From the NCBI GenBank assembly GCA_023515795.1, contig JALGPX010000100.1:1-56314 (forward strand): 56,314 nt of DNA. Reading direction: 5' to 3'. The stretch comes from Amoeboaphelidium occidentale (taxonomy: Eukaryota). The position numbers and the translations under genes are program-made. Below the pieces are notes generated by a model, which was given only the letters and a program-made list of their open reading frames with translations, made no database searches and had not been told where the DNA came from. Of this stretch, positions 12,001 through 23,033 are shown one piece after another (position 1 is the stretch's first letter; every line of letters begins with the position of its first letter).

Positions 12001-12387
12001 ATGGAAATCGCGAAAATAATTCAATCTATTAGCGCTAAACGGAGTATCATTGAACAATGGATTCCAGATAATAAAGAATTTAGCTTGCCGAGTGGAAATT
12101 CTTTGAATGCGCACAGGACACGACCTTCGCGCTTAGGATTGGGAGCAGAGCCAAGTCGTGAACAAAAGGAAAGTATGCGAGAATTGACGCCTATGGAAAA
12201 GAAGCTGAAGAATAAGTTGAAATATAAACCCAACGTGATACCGGTAAAGAGAAACGCTACAAGCGCTGCAGCTGAATCTGATGATGATGATGATGATATG
12301 AACAAGAAAGGCTCTGGTGCCAAAACTAAGAAAGCAAAGACGAAACCGTCCGTGCTTGATGAATACATAAAGCCCAAGAAGAAGTAG
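12001..12387 (+). CDS. Small lysine-rich protein, DUF3245-like
   Basis: RPSRLGLGA motif with acidic and basic tail. Confidence 0.5.
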   Translation: MEIAKIIQSISAKRSIIEQWIPDNKEFSLPSGNSLNAHRTRPSRLGLGAEPSREQKESMRELTPMEKKLKNKLKYKPNVIPVKRNATSAAAESDDDDDDMNKKGSGAKTKKAKTKPSVLDEYIKPKKK

Positions 12388-12528
12388 AAATATATCTTTA
12401 TTTTNCTGATGATGATGATGATGATGATATGAACAAGAAAGGCTCTGGTACCAAAACTAAGAAAGCAAAGACGAAACCGTCCGTGCTTGATGAATACATA
12501 AAGCCCAAGAAGAAGTAGAAATATATCT

Positions 12529-13035
12529 TTATTTTAGTCTCTTAATTCTCCACCATTTCGCAACAGTTGGCGTGATGACCATCGTGAGCATCGCTTTCAA
12601 GGGTGATAGTAACTTATTGGCAGCAAATGCAACCACAAAAGTAGTTCCTAATGATTTCCACGTCCACTTGTTTTTCTTCAAAATATCCTCTTCCTTTTCG
12701 TATTCAGTGGTTGCGTCGTCTTCTGTAGTAGAATTACTTTCTGGAGGTGTTTGGCCCAGAATCTTCTCATAAACATACGCTTTAGCGTTCACCAAATGCT
12801 TTTCCACGTCGATACCATTCCTGATAGCCACAAATATTATTGAAAACGTGGTAGTTGACATTGTGAGATATACCACCACGGAAGTTGCACCATATTTCTT
12901 TCCCAGTTCTTTAAATCTGCTGCTAAAGCTCGCGTGTCTAGTTTGACTTAGAACAAGTGGAGGGTATAAAACTCTATTCTGATGTAAAGCACGGTTTCTT
13001 ATGTACGGCAACGGTCTAGAAAAGTATCGCAGCAT
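12529..13035 (-). CDS. DUF1279/FAM210-like mitochondrial membrane protein
   Basis: Presequence-like N-terminus; RFKELGKKYG, VVVY, FVVAFAANKLLSPLK, ITPTVAK. Confidence 0.8.
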   Translation of the reverse strand: MLRYFSRPLPYIRNRALHQNRVLYPPLVLSQTRHASFSSRFKELGKKYGATSVVVYLTMSTTTFSIIFVAIRNGIDVEKHLVNAKAYVYEKILGQTPPESNSTTEDDATTEYEKEEDILKKNKWTWKSLGTTFVVAFAANKLLSPLKAMLTMVITPTVAKWWRIKRLK

Positions 13036-13066
13036 TCGATGATTCACAAAATATCAAAGTTCAAGG

Positions 13067-14385
13067 TCAGGCGTCTTCTAGCAACGATAATATTTTAAGT
13101 TTAGCCTCACGAACTTCTTCAGGCTCATTAATTTCATCTCGAGCTGTCCTCACTTTAAGTAAATGATGTTTTCGCCACCATAAGGGTAATTGTTCTGATA
13201 GCTCGTGATGCTTATCTAACACCTCACTTAATTTAGTCCACACATAAGTTTGATGATCTGAACCAGAAGCATAGTCAATAGAGTGCGTAAGAAGCAGAAA
13301 TTTATCGTTCATGTCATCATCATGGCCATCAATGTCTTTAAACAAATGATCATACACGCTTTTGTCAAAGCATGAAGGGTCTGTTTGAATAAATTTTGTA
13401 CCTAAGTAAGACTTCATCTCCTCATCTCGGAATAAATCAGCAGAATAAAAACCATAACGAAAGACAGCAGGATCATCATCTCCATCATATTCCTCGAGAA
13501 CTTTTAATGCTTCTTCTTTTTNNNNNNNNNNNNNNNNNNNTTCATCTCCTCATCTCGGAATAAATCAGCAAAATAAAAACCATAACGAAAGACAGCAGGA
13601 TCATCATCTCCATCATATTCCTCGAGAACTTTTAATGCTTCTTCTTTTTCATCATCATCCTGTGAGGCCAATAGCAGCTTTGCATATGTAATCCAATATA
13701 CAGGCTCTGCGACTCCTCTCTCTGTGTCAATGTATTTCTTGATCTGGGATTTGGCCCTGTAATACCATGAGCTCAATTGAGTGCTTTCAAGATCGTAAAG
13801 ATAATCAAGTAGTTTCGGAATATACGAACCATCAACTGCGGTTGCGTCTGATGACTCAAAAGATAATGACCTGAACCATATTCCGTAAGCTAAACAGCCC
13901 AATTGGCCAATGAAAGCCTTCCTAGGTTCCCCAGACAAGACAAGCCCCTCCAACAGCGTGTATGCATTAGATGCAGATGATGGGTTATCGAGTATTAAAG
14001 CCATCGCCAGTTCAAACGAGAATTGAGCAATATGACCATAAGGAGCATTCACTAAAAACAATTGATAAAACTTCTGTATTGTATCCGTGTATTCCTCCTG
14101 ATCTCTTGTTTGTTGATGTTGCCTCAACAAGCACGGCCCAATATGCATTAGAAAGACGTCGTAGCTACGTGGCTTCTTAATCATTAGTGTGAATATTTGT
14201 CGAACTAAAGCCCATTGTCTATGCTCAACCAGTTGGATTGTCGTCCTTATCAAATCTGCACCTAATATCTGTGGGTTGAATAGATGATCTTCCCTACCGC
14301 GTAAGGAGGGCTGCTTAGATGGTATATAATAGTGGCTGAGTTCCGTGAATTCCTCCAAAGACTTGACAACGTTCTTTGCTGCCAT
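13067..14385 (-). CDS. Uncharacterised helical protein (possibly Rrn11/TAF1A-like), split by an assembly gap
   Basis: The two ORFs join once the duplicated sequence around the N gap (13522-13540) is removed; the family guess is weak. Confidence 0.45.
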
Positions 14386-14600
14386 TTCACATCAAGAAAT
14401 ACTAGAAATACAGGACTGTTTCAGAGAGGCTCTTGGAAGAAGCCAACTAACGGATGTGGCGCAGACAATACGCTTCGTTAAATTTGAAAGTTCCGACTTA
14501 GAATTCACAGCATTGACGATGTGACCATGATGTTGCATGTAACTGAATGATCGGCTTTAGAAAAGCGCGGCCTTCAAGCTCATATTCTTTCATCTTGGAA

Positions 14601-16318
14601 ATGATATCTGCTATTTCTACTATTGCTATGCTTCTTCTTTCATCTAACGCGATGCCCATGTTGGATAATCTCGATGCAATTGCTGGTATACACAAGGCCT
14701 CCTTCAATCCAGACGCGCGCTTGGTTTCAAAACAGTGGGATGAAGCCTTTGGTAGAGCTCATCCACAAAAGCTTGAATCCTCAAAAGTATTTCTTAACAT
14801 AAGAAGAAAGTGCAACAAGGCTACTGCATTAGCCATGCAGGATTTTATCAACTCAGAAGAACCTGTCTACTTTATCAAGTCTGATACTCACGAAACTTTG
14901 TCACGCGATGGCTGCGTAGAGGCAATAACTAGTGGCTGTAAAATCATGAATGGTCTGAATAGGCAAATGCATCTTGTGTTCTACTATTCAGAAGCTGAAA
15001 TGGAAGGAATACCAGCTTTGAATGATATGGCTCAGAGTTGTAACTTGAAAGTTTCAGTTACGGTGGAGACTTTTGCTATCGCTTTTCAAAAAAAATCTTG
15101 GCACCAATTTGCGCAGAATATCAATTCCATTAATTTGATGGGATCTGATGAAGAGTTTGACGTAGATTCTTCCCGGCTTCCTCAGTTCCCAAGCCTGAAG
15201 CGCGTTCATGTGAACTTTGATGCTATAAGTGGTCGAGAAGGAAAAGGCTTATTGCTATCTCTGAGCTCTTCTAGCGTTAAAGAACTACTTGTAACGCAAA
15301 GGCATGAAGATTTGGACAATCAGGAACCTTGGATCGCAGAATTTGTAGCTCGTTGCCCTACATTGAAGAAGCTAGACATTNNNNNNNNNNNNNNNNNNNN
15401 TCTAGCGTTAAAGAACTACTTGTAACGCAAAGGTATGAAGATTTGGACAATCAGGAACCTTGGATCGCAGAATTTGTAGCTCGTTGCCCTACATTGAAGA
15501 AGCTAGACATTCAGAATGGGCCGTTCTGGAACAAATTTGGTACTTCCAAAGGATTTGCTATTCCTAGTACATATCCTGATATTTCTGAAGCGATTATTGA
15601 TGCGCTGCCTGCGAGTTTGAAAAGTTTGTCTGTGGGGCTCGTTTCAGTTGAAGGAAGTTTTTTTAAAAAGTTGACTACTTTGGAGAATTTAAAGTCATTG
15701 AAGTTTGTTGCTAAAAATATGCCCGAGTTTGAACTTCCAGCATCTATGGAACACCTGGAAATCAAGTGGAGTCCTGGAAAATCTAATGTTGACTACTATA
15801 AGAACATTTTGACTTCCATCTCCACGTCTAGCTTGAAATTCTTTGGTCTTAGTATGAATTATGGCGTTCCAATTGGTATTTTATTGCAAAGTTTGCCAGC
15901 AACATTGGGAGTGTTGAAACTTGAAGGAATTCAGTTAAAGCAGTTCACAAGAGACAAAGGTTTTATACAAATTGACTCGAAGCTCAAACACGTTAAAGTT
16001 CAACATGTGGATGCTGACTCCAGAGGTCTTGCAGATTTTTTGATTTCTTTACCTCCAAGCACGAAGTCGATTGTGATGACGGATGTTGCTCTCGTTCAAG
16101 GTGGACGCAGTGCTCCGATGATTCCAAAGTTTCAAAATCAAGTCCAACTAAAGAAGATGAGTTTGGAGTTCAAGAAAGTTGATCCAAACGCTTTCAAAAT
16201 AGCAAAGGATATTGTTAACAACTTTCAACTATCTTCTCGCGGTAGAATCTTGGAAACAAACGTAGATGAATTTGCCGTTTTTAAAGCTACATCTTCAAGG
16301 CTTAGCCGAAGAACCTGA
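14601..16318 (+). CDS. Putative secreted RNI-like LRR protein with a degenerate F-box-like segment
   Basis: Signal-like MISAISTIAMLLLSSNA-MP, RLVSKQW, repeated LPxSLKxLxL units; split by N gap 15381-15400 with duplicated flank. Confidence 0.6.
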
Positions 16319-16387
16319 GATAAGTGAGTGGACTTGCGACTGCGATAAAATCAACTAATAGAGAATAGAAAATTCTAAAATACTGCT

Positions 16388-16960
16388 TTATTGAGGCATC
16401 ACAAAACGACATCTGTCACTGTGTCTTTCTTGACATAAGTCGAAATGTGCGATTCTCTCCTGGAACAAGTTTGGCTTTGGAGCAGAAACGCTGTCCATTT
16501 CAATGATGACCTCTCTCATTGGAACATAACTTTTCTTTTTCTCTTCAACAGGCAAACCAAATTCTTGAGCTTGACGGTCAGACACAAAATAGTCTACAAC
16601 GGCATACAAAATGCAGATAGCTCCCAAATACTCAGAGAAGGGCAAGTAAGTGAAAACGAAAGGAAAACGCGACGCCAAAATATTGAAGTTGCATGCTGCA
16701 AAGAACAACGGCCAAGAGAAGTATTTTCTAGCACGCCATTGACGCTTAATAGCAGCATACGCAGGGTAAGCCACACTGAAGAGAGCAACAGCCATGTAAG
16801 CACCAATCAATCCTCTGTAGCAGTAACCATCAGAACCGTGGCAAACAGTAGACAAGTACAATCTCAAGAATAGAACGACCAGAAGAGCAGCCACAGAAAT
16901 GAAGTAATCCAAGACGATGTGGGCGCCTTTCATAAATGAACTTTCGCTGATTTTGTACAT
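16388..16960 (-). CDS. Small multi-pass membrane protein, local family member 1
   Basis: About four hydrophobic segments, Cys pair CHGSDGYC, KRQW...W motif, C-terminal VPMREV. Confidence 0.6.
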   Translation of the reverse strand: MYKISESSFMKGAHIVLDYFISVAALLVVLFLRLYLSTVCHGSDGYCYRGLIGAYMAVALFSVAYPAYAAIKRQWRARKYFSWPLFFAACNFNILASRFPFVFTYLPFSEYLGAICILYAVVDYFVSDRQAQEFGLPVEEKKKSYVPMREVIIEMDSVSAPKPNLFQERIAHFDLCQERHSDRCRFVMPQ

Positions 16961-17082
16961 TTTGAAGTCAAAAGTATCAAAACTCGAAAATTGTGCAGAA
17001 TCGTTAAGCTCAGATTTTCATAAGAAGCGTTAAACTAAACTTTATTGCTTTGAATGAGAGCAATCCGTAAGCTGTTTCTAAG

Positions 17083-17574
17083 TTACGGATAAAGCTGACC
17101 CGGTTCCAAGAGAGAAACTGTGGCTGATGATGCAGCCCCGTTATTCCAACCGTATCGTTTTCGCCAAGATATCACCGATAATTCTTTGATAATAAAAGTA
17201 ATCAGAACACTCAGTAGGTGAACGATGTGTACGGATACTATCAAAGGAAAGGCTTTATCGTCAGATCGGATCAAACTAACTACCATCGACCAAAACACCG
17301 TTGAAAATATCTCGCCTGCCCAAAGTAAAGTCCAAATGTATTGATTATACATCCATTTGCTGGTCAGAAAAGTATAAAGAAGCAGTAGGCCTGATGGAAC
17401 TGCGAATATTCCAGTAGAAATGAGCATCGCAATGATATATCTGGTTGTCCTTCCATGATGCTCATCTCTACCAGCGACCCCAAATAAAAGCGTAAGTAGT
17501 AGAGCAGCTAAACCAATTCCGAATAACGCGGATATAATTAGATTCTTGGCTCGGTGCAGTAATTCCAGCCACAT
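17083..17574 (-). CDS. Small multi-pass membrane protein, local family member 2 (divergent)
   Basis: About four TM segments; SKWMYNQYIW matches the K-W...W motif of its neighbours. Confidence 0.55.
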   Translation of the reverse strand: MWLELLHRAKNLIISALFGIGLAALLLTLLFGVAGRDEHHGRTTRYIIAMLISTGIFAVPSGLLLLYTFLTSKWMYNQYIWTLLWAGEIFSTVFWSMVVSLIRSDDKAFPLIVSVHIVHLLSVLITFIIKELSVISWRKRYGWNNGAASSATVSLLEPGQLYP

Positions 17575-17671
17575 TGCGCTCAGCAATTTTTCAGAACAAG
17601 AAAAAGGTTATCACGTTTCAAATTCATAATTTCTTTATCAATGTAAAACATCAAAACATATTTTATGGAAT

Positions 17672-18445
17672 TTATTTACCAGCAAGGATTTCCTTTTCAG
17701 CCTCGCGTATTTCACCACGTGTGCGCCAAAGGTCTGGTAGACCAACTGGCTTTTCTGGTCTCACGTAATAGTACGGAAACTTTTCTTGTGACAGGAAATC
17801 CATGATGTTTTGCTTAGAGATTTCCTTGCCCTGTCCCTCTTTACCTCCCAACACTTGAAGTATCAACGCTAATTCGAAATCAGAAAACAATTTCTGCTTT
17901 TTTCCAAACTGTAATTGTTCGTTACTTGCCTCGCACTGTTGATACCTTACAAGTCTTGCGTTTGCTAAATCTTTTGCAGTAAGAGGTTCCTCGCCCTCAG
18001 TGATGTCGATTAATTGTTTCACAAGGTCATTATCAGGAATCCAATTCGAGCCAATTGCAGTATCTTCATGAACAAGGCTGACGTCATGTTCAATAAAACC
18101 ATGCAATTGCAAATCTGCCAAGTCCAGCAGGCCCTTTTTACCAAGCTTGAAGTAAACAGGTGTCAGTAATCCCCAAGCCACGCGAGGAGACAAGTTGTAA
18201 TATTTGATCAGAGCATCGTACAATTCTTTCTTTTTGATACCCTTACCGCTGTGGCTGATAAGACCATGATTAGCAAGCGAGTTTAACGCTGGACAAGGTG
18301 ATCTAGAATCCGACTGCTGTGGCTTTCTCCATGTTCCGTAATTGATACGATCTCCTGTTGTTGCAATACCAGGCATGCAAAAAATCGCGGAAAGAAGCAA
18401 TTGAGCCAACAAACATGTAATTACCAGCGTTGAATATCTCTGCAT
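17672..18445 (-). CDS. Secreted heme-thiolate peroxidase / short UPO, second paralog
   Basis: Signal peptide; RSPCPALNSLANHG; LQLHGFIEHDVS shared with the 2241-2969 gene. Confidence 0.9.
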   Translation of the reverse strand: MQRYSTLVITCLLAQLLLSAIFCMPGIATTGDRINYGTWRKPQQSDSRSPCPALNSLANHGLISHSGKGIKKKELYDALIKYYNLSPRVAWGLLTPVYFKLGKKGLLDLADLQLHGFIEHDVSLVHEDTAIGSNWIPDNDLVKQLIDITEGEEPLTAKDLANARLVRYQQCEASNEQLQFGKKQKLFSDFELALILQVLGGKEGQGKEISKQNIMDFLSQEKFPYYYVRPEKPVGLPDLWRTRGEIREAEKEILAGK

Positions 18446-18544
18446 TTTGTCTTAGTCGTTTAAAATAATGAATTTCGTGTGGCGCAGTCGGCATGTTTCA
18501 CGTGGAGGGCAACCTGTAAATTCTCACCAAAAATTTTGTCTCAT

Positions 18545-19067
18545 CTATTTATTAGCTACCGGAGCAACTTTGATATCAGTCATTGGAGCAGCATTTGCAG
18601 CCAACTTCTTCATTTCACGACTGTTTTGTACGCTGACCTTTGCAGCATGAATCGCGCAAGCAGCGCCAATTCCCCATGTCATTGCTCTCCAGACCAACAT
18701 AAAATGCGGTGCCATATCAAAGTACAATGGAACGGGGAACGCGAACATCAAGATAGCAGTGAAAATCCATTGCAATCTATCTTGTAACGGTTTAGCCCAG
18801 ATCTTTCCCAAAACTACCAAGCCGATCCAACCAACAATGATAAGTAACACAAGCTCGACAGCTATTAAAAAATTAGATTGAAATGTCAAATAAGCAATTA
18901 CCAATGTATACGGGGACGAAAAGGCATAATGGGCCGCATAGTAACAAAACGGCGGCACTGGTTACGAAGAACGCTAGGCATAACCCCAAAAACAGAACAC
19001 ATGAGTTGAACAGTGCAACGATGATTGCAATGATTTCGTAAGGATCGTCTGCGAATAAGCCTTTCAT
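18545..19067 (-). CDS. Small multi-pass membrane protein, local family member 3
   Basis: Phase-1 intron 18862-18901 after CGPLC; KIW...W; C-terminal APMTDIKV. Confidence 0.65.
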
Positions 19068-19221
19068 TAACGGGAAAGAAGGTTAACGGAATTTGTGATG
19101 TCGATCTCATGCGGAGCTGAAGATCATTGTGACGTTTCGTCTCACGTAACAAAGCTCCGTAGCGTACATTAACAATGCAACGTGCTTAAATTGATTTCTT
19201 TACGGGTTTTGTAGTTGCACT

Positions 19222-19738
19222 TTATTTCAATGCTTCTTCTTTCGAGACTTTTACACCACTCAAAGGCACTTCGGCAAATTTCGCTTTGGTCCACTTGTAA
19301 ACGATGAAGTCAACTTGTGCAAACAACGCACAACCATACCCGTAAACAGCTGAAAACGCTGCCCAATGCTTTCCGTAAGGATTGCCTTGGCTTAAACCTA
19401 GAAGGCTTGGTAACACTGCAACCCATGATAATCCGAAAACCCACGTCAAGCTAAAACTAAACGGACCCCTCCAAACACGTTTAATAACCAAGTAGCCCAG
19501 CAAAACTTGCCAAATGATTATAGAACCGTCAACGACTAACAGTGTTAAATATTATCGTAAGAAAACATTCACCTAAAAGCCATTCACGCTCGCTGCATAA
19601 GTGACCACAAGATCTTATGAACAAAAGAAACAGGAAAAAACCACCATATGCTATTCCCAATAAGATAATAACCGATGTCAGTAATGACCATAGTAATTGC
19701 AACAAGATGAGCGCGATTTCTTTTGCGTTGGGCATCAT
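19222..19738 (-). CDS. Small multi-pass membrane protein, local family member 4
   Basis: Phase-1 intron 19536-19572 after CGHLC; KRVW...W; C-terminal VPLSGVKV. Confidence 0.65.
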
Positions 19739-19821
19739 TTCGTAAGCACGGAAAAATTTTTCGCGGACTGGAATCTTCTCAGTTCAACGTTCTTAGAATG
19801 AGTTTGCAGTTTTAATTTAAT

Positions 19822-20326
19822 TCACACTAAATGCGATACCTTTACGTCTTCCATTGGGACTGCTGCAGCTTTGGAATTTTCTTGGCTGTATTTGATGGCA
19901 TCATACACAGCGAATGACCCCAATGAAACTCCATAAACTGCAGCTACCTTGCCCAATATTGTCCAAAGTTCTGGTAAATTGTCTAGAAGCAAAGGCCAAG
20001 GGAACGCTGCCATTAGCACGACAAAGAAGAACCAAGTCCACTCAAATTTATCAACTGCTCTCCATTTCCTAGTGAGCACAACAAGAAGCAAAAGAACTTG
20101 GCATAAAGCAGAAGAAATCAACAAAACTATTAAAATAAATCGGCTTTGCTGCGGTAAAGCTACCTTCTACAAACGGCACGAGGCAGTACATTGCGCCACA
20201 TCCTAGAACCAAAATGATGAGGGAGAGAAGCACGTAATTAAAGGCAAGGTACAAACCAACGGAAAAGACTAGAGACCGTATTATAGTCCAAAAAGATATT
20301 GTTCTATTCCGCTGTAGAGTGTCCAT
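19822..20326 (-). CDS. Small multi-pass membrane protein, local family member 5
   Basis: Phase-1 intron 20127-20163 after CGAMYC; RKW...W; C-terminal VPMEDVKV. Confidence 0.65.
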
Positions 20327-20477
20327 TTAATAGCGAGTCTCAAATTGAAGANNNNNNNNNNNNNNACAAACCAACGGAAAAGACAAGAGACCGTATTATA
20401 GTCCAAAAAGATATTGTTCTATTCCGCTGTAGAGTGTCCATTTAATAGCGAGTCTCAAATTGAAGAAACAATTTCTG

Positions 20478-22877
20478 TTAGAACGCCGACGCGGCAGTTT
20501 CAATATCGCTTCGAATTTTCGGTGTATGAAAACCTACGCGATTGCATGACAGATCCCTGAGATCAAGGCTGAAAAGACCTGATCTGTACATGAGTTGATA
20601 GTATTGATCAAGAGTAGATCTCACCGAAACGCTCGTACCATTATGCCGCTCCATACAACAATCGTAATCGTAAAACATAGCATATGATCTTATAGCAGAT
20701 TGTTTGTTTAGCAGAGCACTTAGGGTGAGCGCTGCTTTTGTTTTAAAATAGCTGATCACAAAAAACTTGGGAATCGCTCCATCTCGCCAACGAGTAACAA
20801 CGGGAATGTAGTTCTCAGTTGCATTCAAAGTCTGATTAAACACCCGAATAGTTCTTGACCATGATTTGATGTATACCCAGTCTGTCGGCTCGATTGAAGG
20901 AGAGTCATCCTTCTTTGGCATCATAACTTCAGTGTTTGGAGAAAACAGATTAAACAAGGATACGTCCAAGATTGTTGTCAGCACACTTGATATGACCACA
21001 TTATATCCAGCATGAAGGGAACAATTTGCGACAATATCCACTGCATACAATATCTTTGAACGATAACTTGCTGCATTTCGCATTTGATCCTCCCCATTAA
21101 ATGCAAGCCTTTGATTATGTTTACCATAGTAACTTTTAAAGGACTTTGTACTTTCTACGACAAAACCATCACGCCCTTGAGCTGCTTGCTTTATCAAGGG
21201 TGAACCATCAAATTTGAAATCTTCTTTGACAGCTTCGTTTGCCGTCATGTTGTATTGAGGTAAATTAGGAACAATTATCACAGACGCAGAACGTTCTTGC
21301 AGCTTCCTTGCTAGATCCTCGTTTCCCACTAAGAAAATGAAGTTTTCCACACTCTTTGACTCCAAATTACAGATCGCATTAAGATATATAGGGAACAATT
21401 CAGGATTGTCAGGACCATGAATAAACCATGTAATTTTTGAAGCATATAAGTTAGCCTTAAGAAATTTACGAAGATCAGCAGATGCACTTATTTCTTCGGG
21501 TGTAGCAGGTAACCGAAGAACTTCACCCATCTTTATCGGCATAGCACATGTGTCAAGTACTATCAATGAAGAAACAACTGGAAATGACCATGATATTTCC
21601 GTATTATTTAGAACTAATCCACTATTCATCCCCATAGTTCTTCCATAACTGACACCTTGCTCTTGATGAGACGCACTCAAATATTTCTTTGATGGAAAAT
21701 TTACGTAAAGAGAGAACCATTTCTTCTTTTGTAGAAACCTAATAAAATACGGTGTAAACAGCTTTTCTCCGCCCAGTAAATACCACTCGTTAGTTCTCAG
21801 AGAACCATGAGGAGTTCCAGCAACGAGAGGATCAAAAGAAGGATCCAGGCGAACTTGATCATACCACAACCTAAACTCTATCCAATGTTTGGGAAACAAT
21901 AACTGACCCCATGTCCCAATTGACTGAAAAAGATATGGTCGACCTTCTGTTGAGAGATTAATTGTAACCTGCCTATTGTCCCTATCTGTGCAAACACCAG
22001 CTGCTTGCTTTTGGGTTGATATGCCAAATATTCTAGAGTCAGAGTATGAAGTATCGTAATAATATTTTTGAACAGCCTTCTTTAAGTATCTGTAATAAAA
22101 CTTGCTGACCACAACATCATCTTCAACAAAGTATGCAAACTCATGGTCACTTGAAGGAAACCAGCCTTCAATCCATTGATTCTTTAACCCAACATTGACA
22201 CTCCTGAAATGAATTGTTTTCCTGCCATATGGCCATTCAAAAGTTGTCAAGAACGCAAGTAACGCATGCGACTTTTTTGCAGCATCACGAACATGTTGAG
22301 GGTATATGTTTGAGTAACCAGAACGATTAAGTTTTGAAAGCGGTCCTCCTTCGGGTGTAGTTAACTTAGGATACCAATTTTGACAGATTTTCTCAATTTC
22401 TAGGCTTTCAGAAGAGTCTACTTGAAAGTAATCTGGATCATAACCAGCAGGACAAGGAGTGCTAAGTGTGTTGTTCACCTCTGGCGAATGATCGACATAA
22501 ACTTCCAAATCCACCTTATCTCCATCATAATATGCTTCTTTAAGGGACTTCAATGCACGATATGCTGAGAGAGTGCGACTGTACGCCAGTAACTTGATGA
22601 TGAACTTCGGTTTTGGCCCTGATCGCTTATCTGAGAACACTGTTCGATTCACATCTATCATATCATAAGTTTCGTTGAGCTTTGCAGCCCCATGAACATC
22701 ATGAGAGGTTGAACTGTGATGATCTCTCATGATATCGTTCTTATCTGTGGCATGTTCCTCCGGTAGGTTTCGTTGTGTCCGAAGTATCCATTCCCACTCG
22801 AATATGATAGATGATAGTGAAAAAGCAGTTATTGTCAGGAGCAATGTGACGAGTAATCTGTGATTCTTCCTCATCAT
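20478..22877 (-). CDS. Type II membrane GT-A-fold glycosyltransferase, plant-like family
   Basis: N-terminal TM; IKLLAYSR, GLKNQWIEGWFPSSDHEFAYFVEDD, GTWGQLLFPKHWIEFRLWYD. Confidence 0.8.
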   Translation of the reverse strand: MMRKNHRLLVTLLLTITAFSLSSIIFEWEWILRTQRNLPEEHATDKNDIMRDHHSSTSHDVHGAAKLNETYDMIDVNRTVFSDKRSGPKPKFIIKLLAYSRTLSAYRALKSLKEAYYDGDKVDLEVYVDHSPEVNNTLSTPCPAGYDPDYFQVDSSESLEIEKICQNWYPKLTTPEGGPLSKLNRSGYSNIYPQHVRDAAKKSHALLAFLTTFEWPYGRKTIHFRSVNVGLKNQWIEGWFPSSDHEFAYFVEDDVVVSKFYYRYLKKAVQKYYYDTSYSDSRIFGISTQKQAAGVCTDRDNRQVTINLSTEGRPYLFQSIGTWGQLLFPKHWIEFRLWYDQVRLDPSFDPLVAGTPHGSLRTNEWYLLGGEKLFTPYFIRFLQKKKWFSLYVNFPSKKYLSASHQEQGVSYGRTMGMNSGLVLNNTEISWSFPVVSSLIVLDTCAMPIKMGEVLRLPATPEEISASADLRKFLKANLYASKITWFIHGPDNPELFPIYLNAICNLESKSVENFIFLVGNEDLARKLQERSASVIIVPNLPQYNMTANEAVKEDFKFDGSPLIKQAAQGRDGFVVESTKSFKSYYGKHNQRLAFNGEDQMRNAASYRSKILYAVDIVANCSLHAGYNVVISSVLTTILDVSLFNLFSPNTEVMMPKKDDSPSIEPTDWVYIKSWSRTIRVFNQTLNATENYIPVVTRWRDGAIPKFFVISYFKTKAALTLSALLNKQSAIRSYAMFYDYDCCMERHNGTSVSVRSTLDQYYQLMYRSGLFSLDLRDLSCNRVGFHTPKIRSDIETAASAF

Positions 22878-23033
22878 TGATCAGCTTTGAAGACAGGATG
22901 CTTGTGCAAACACAAGGACGCACTTGACAACGCACACAATCTCCCCTTGATATCAGATCTACAAAGATTCAAGCGTTCACCGTAGAACCAATACTAAATG
23001 AATAGCTTAGGACGTAATGTACAAGGTCTATTC

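Noticed and set aside
12277..20467. 100-130 bp direct repeats around N gaps at 12405, 13522, 15381 and 20352
   Set aside because: Each flanks a gap and differs only by SNPs or SSR length; assembly artefacts that falsely split genes.
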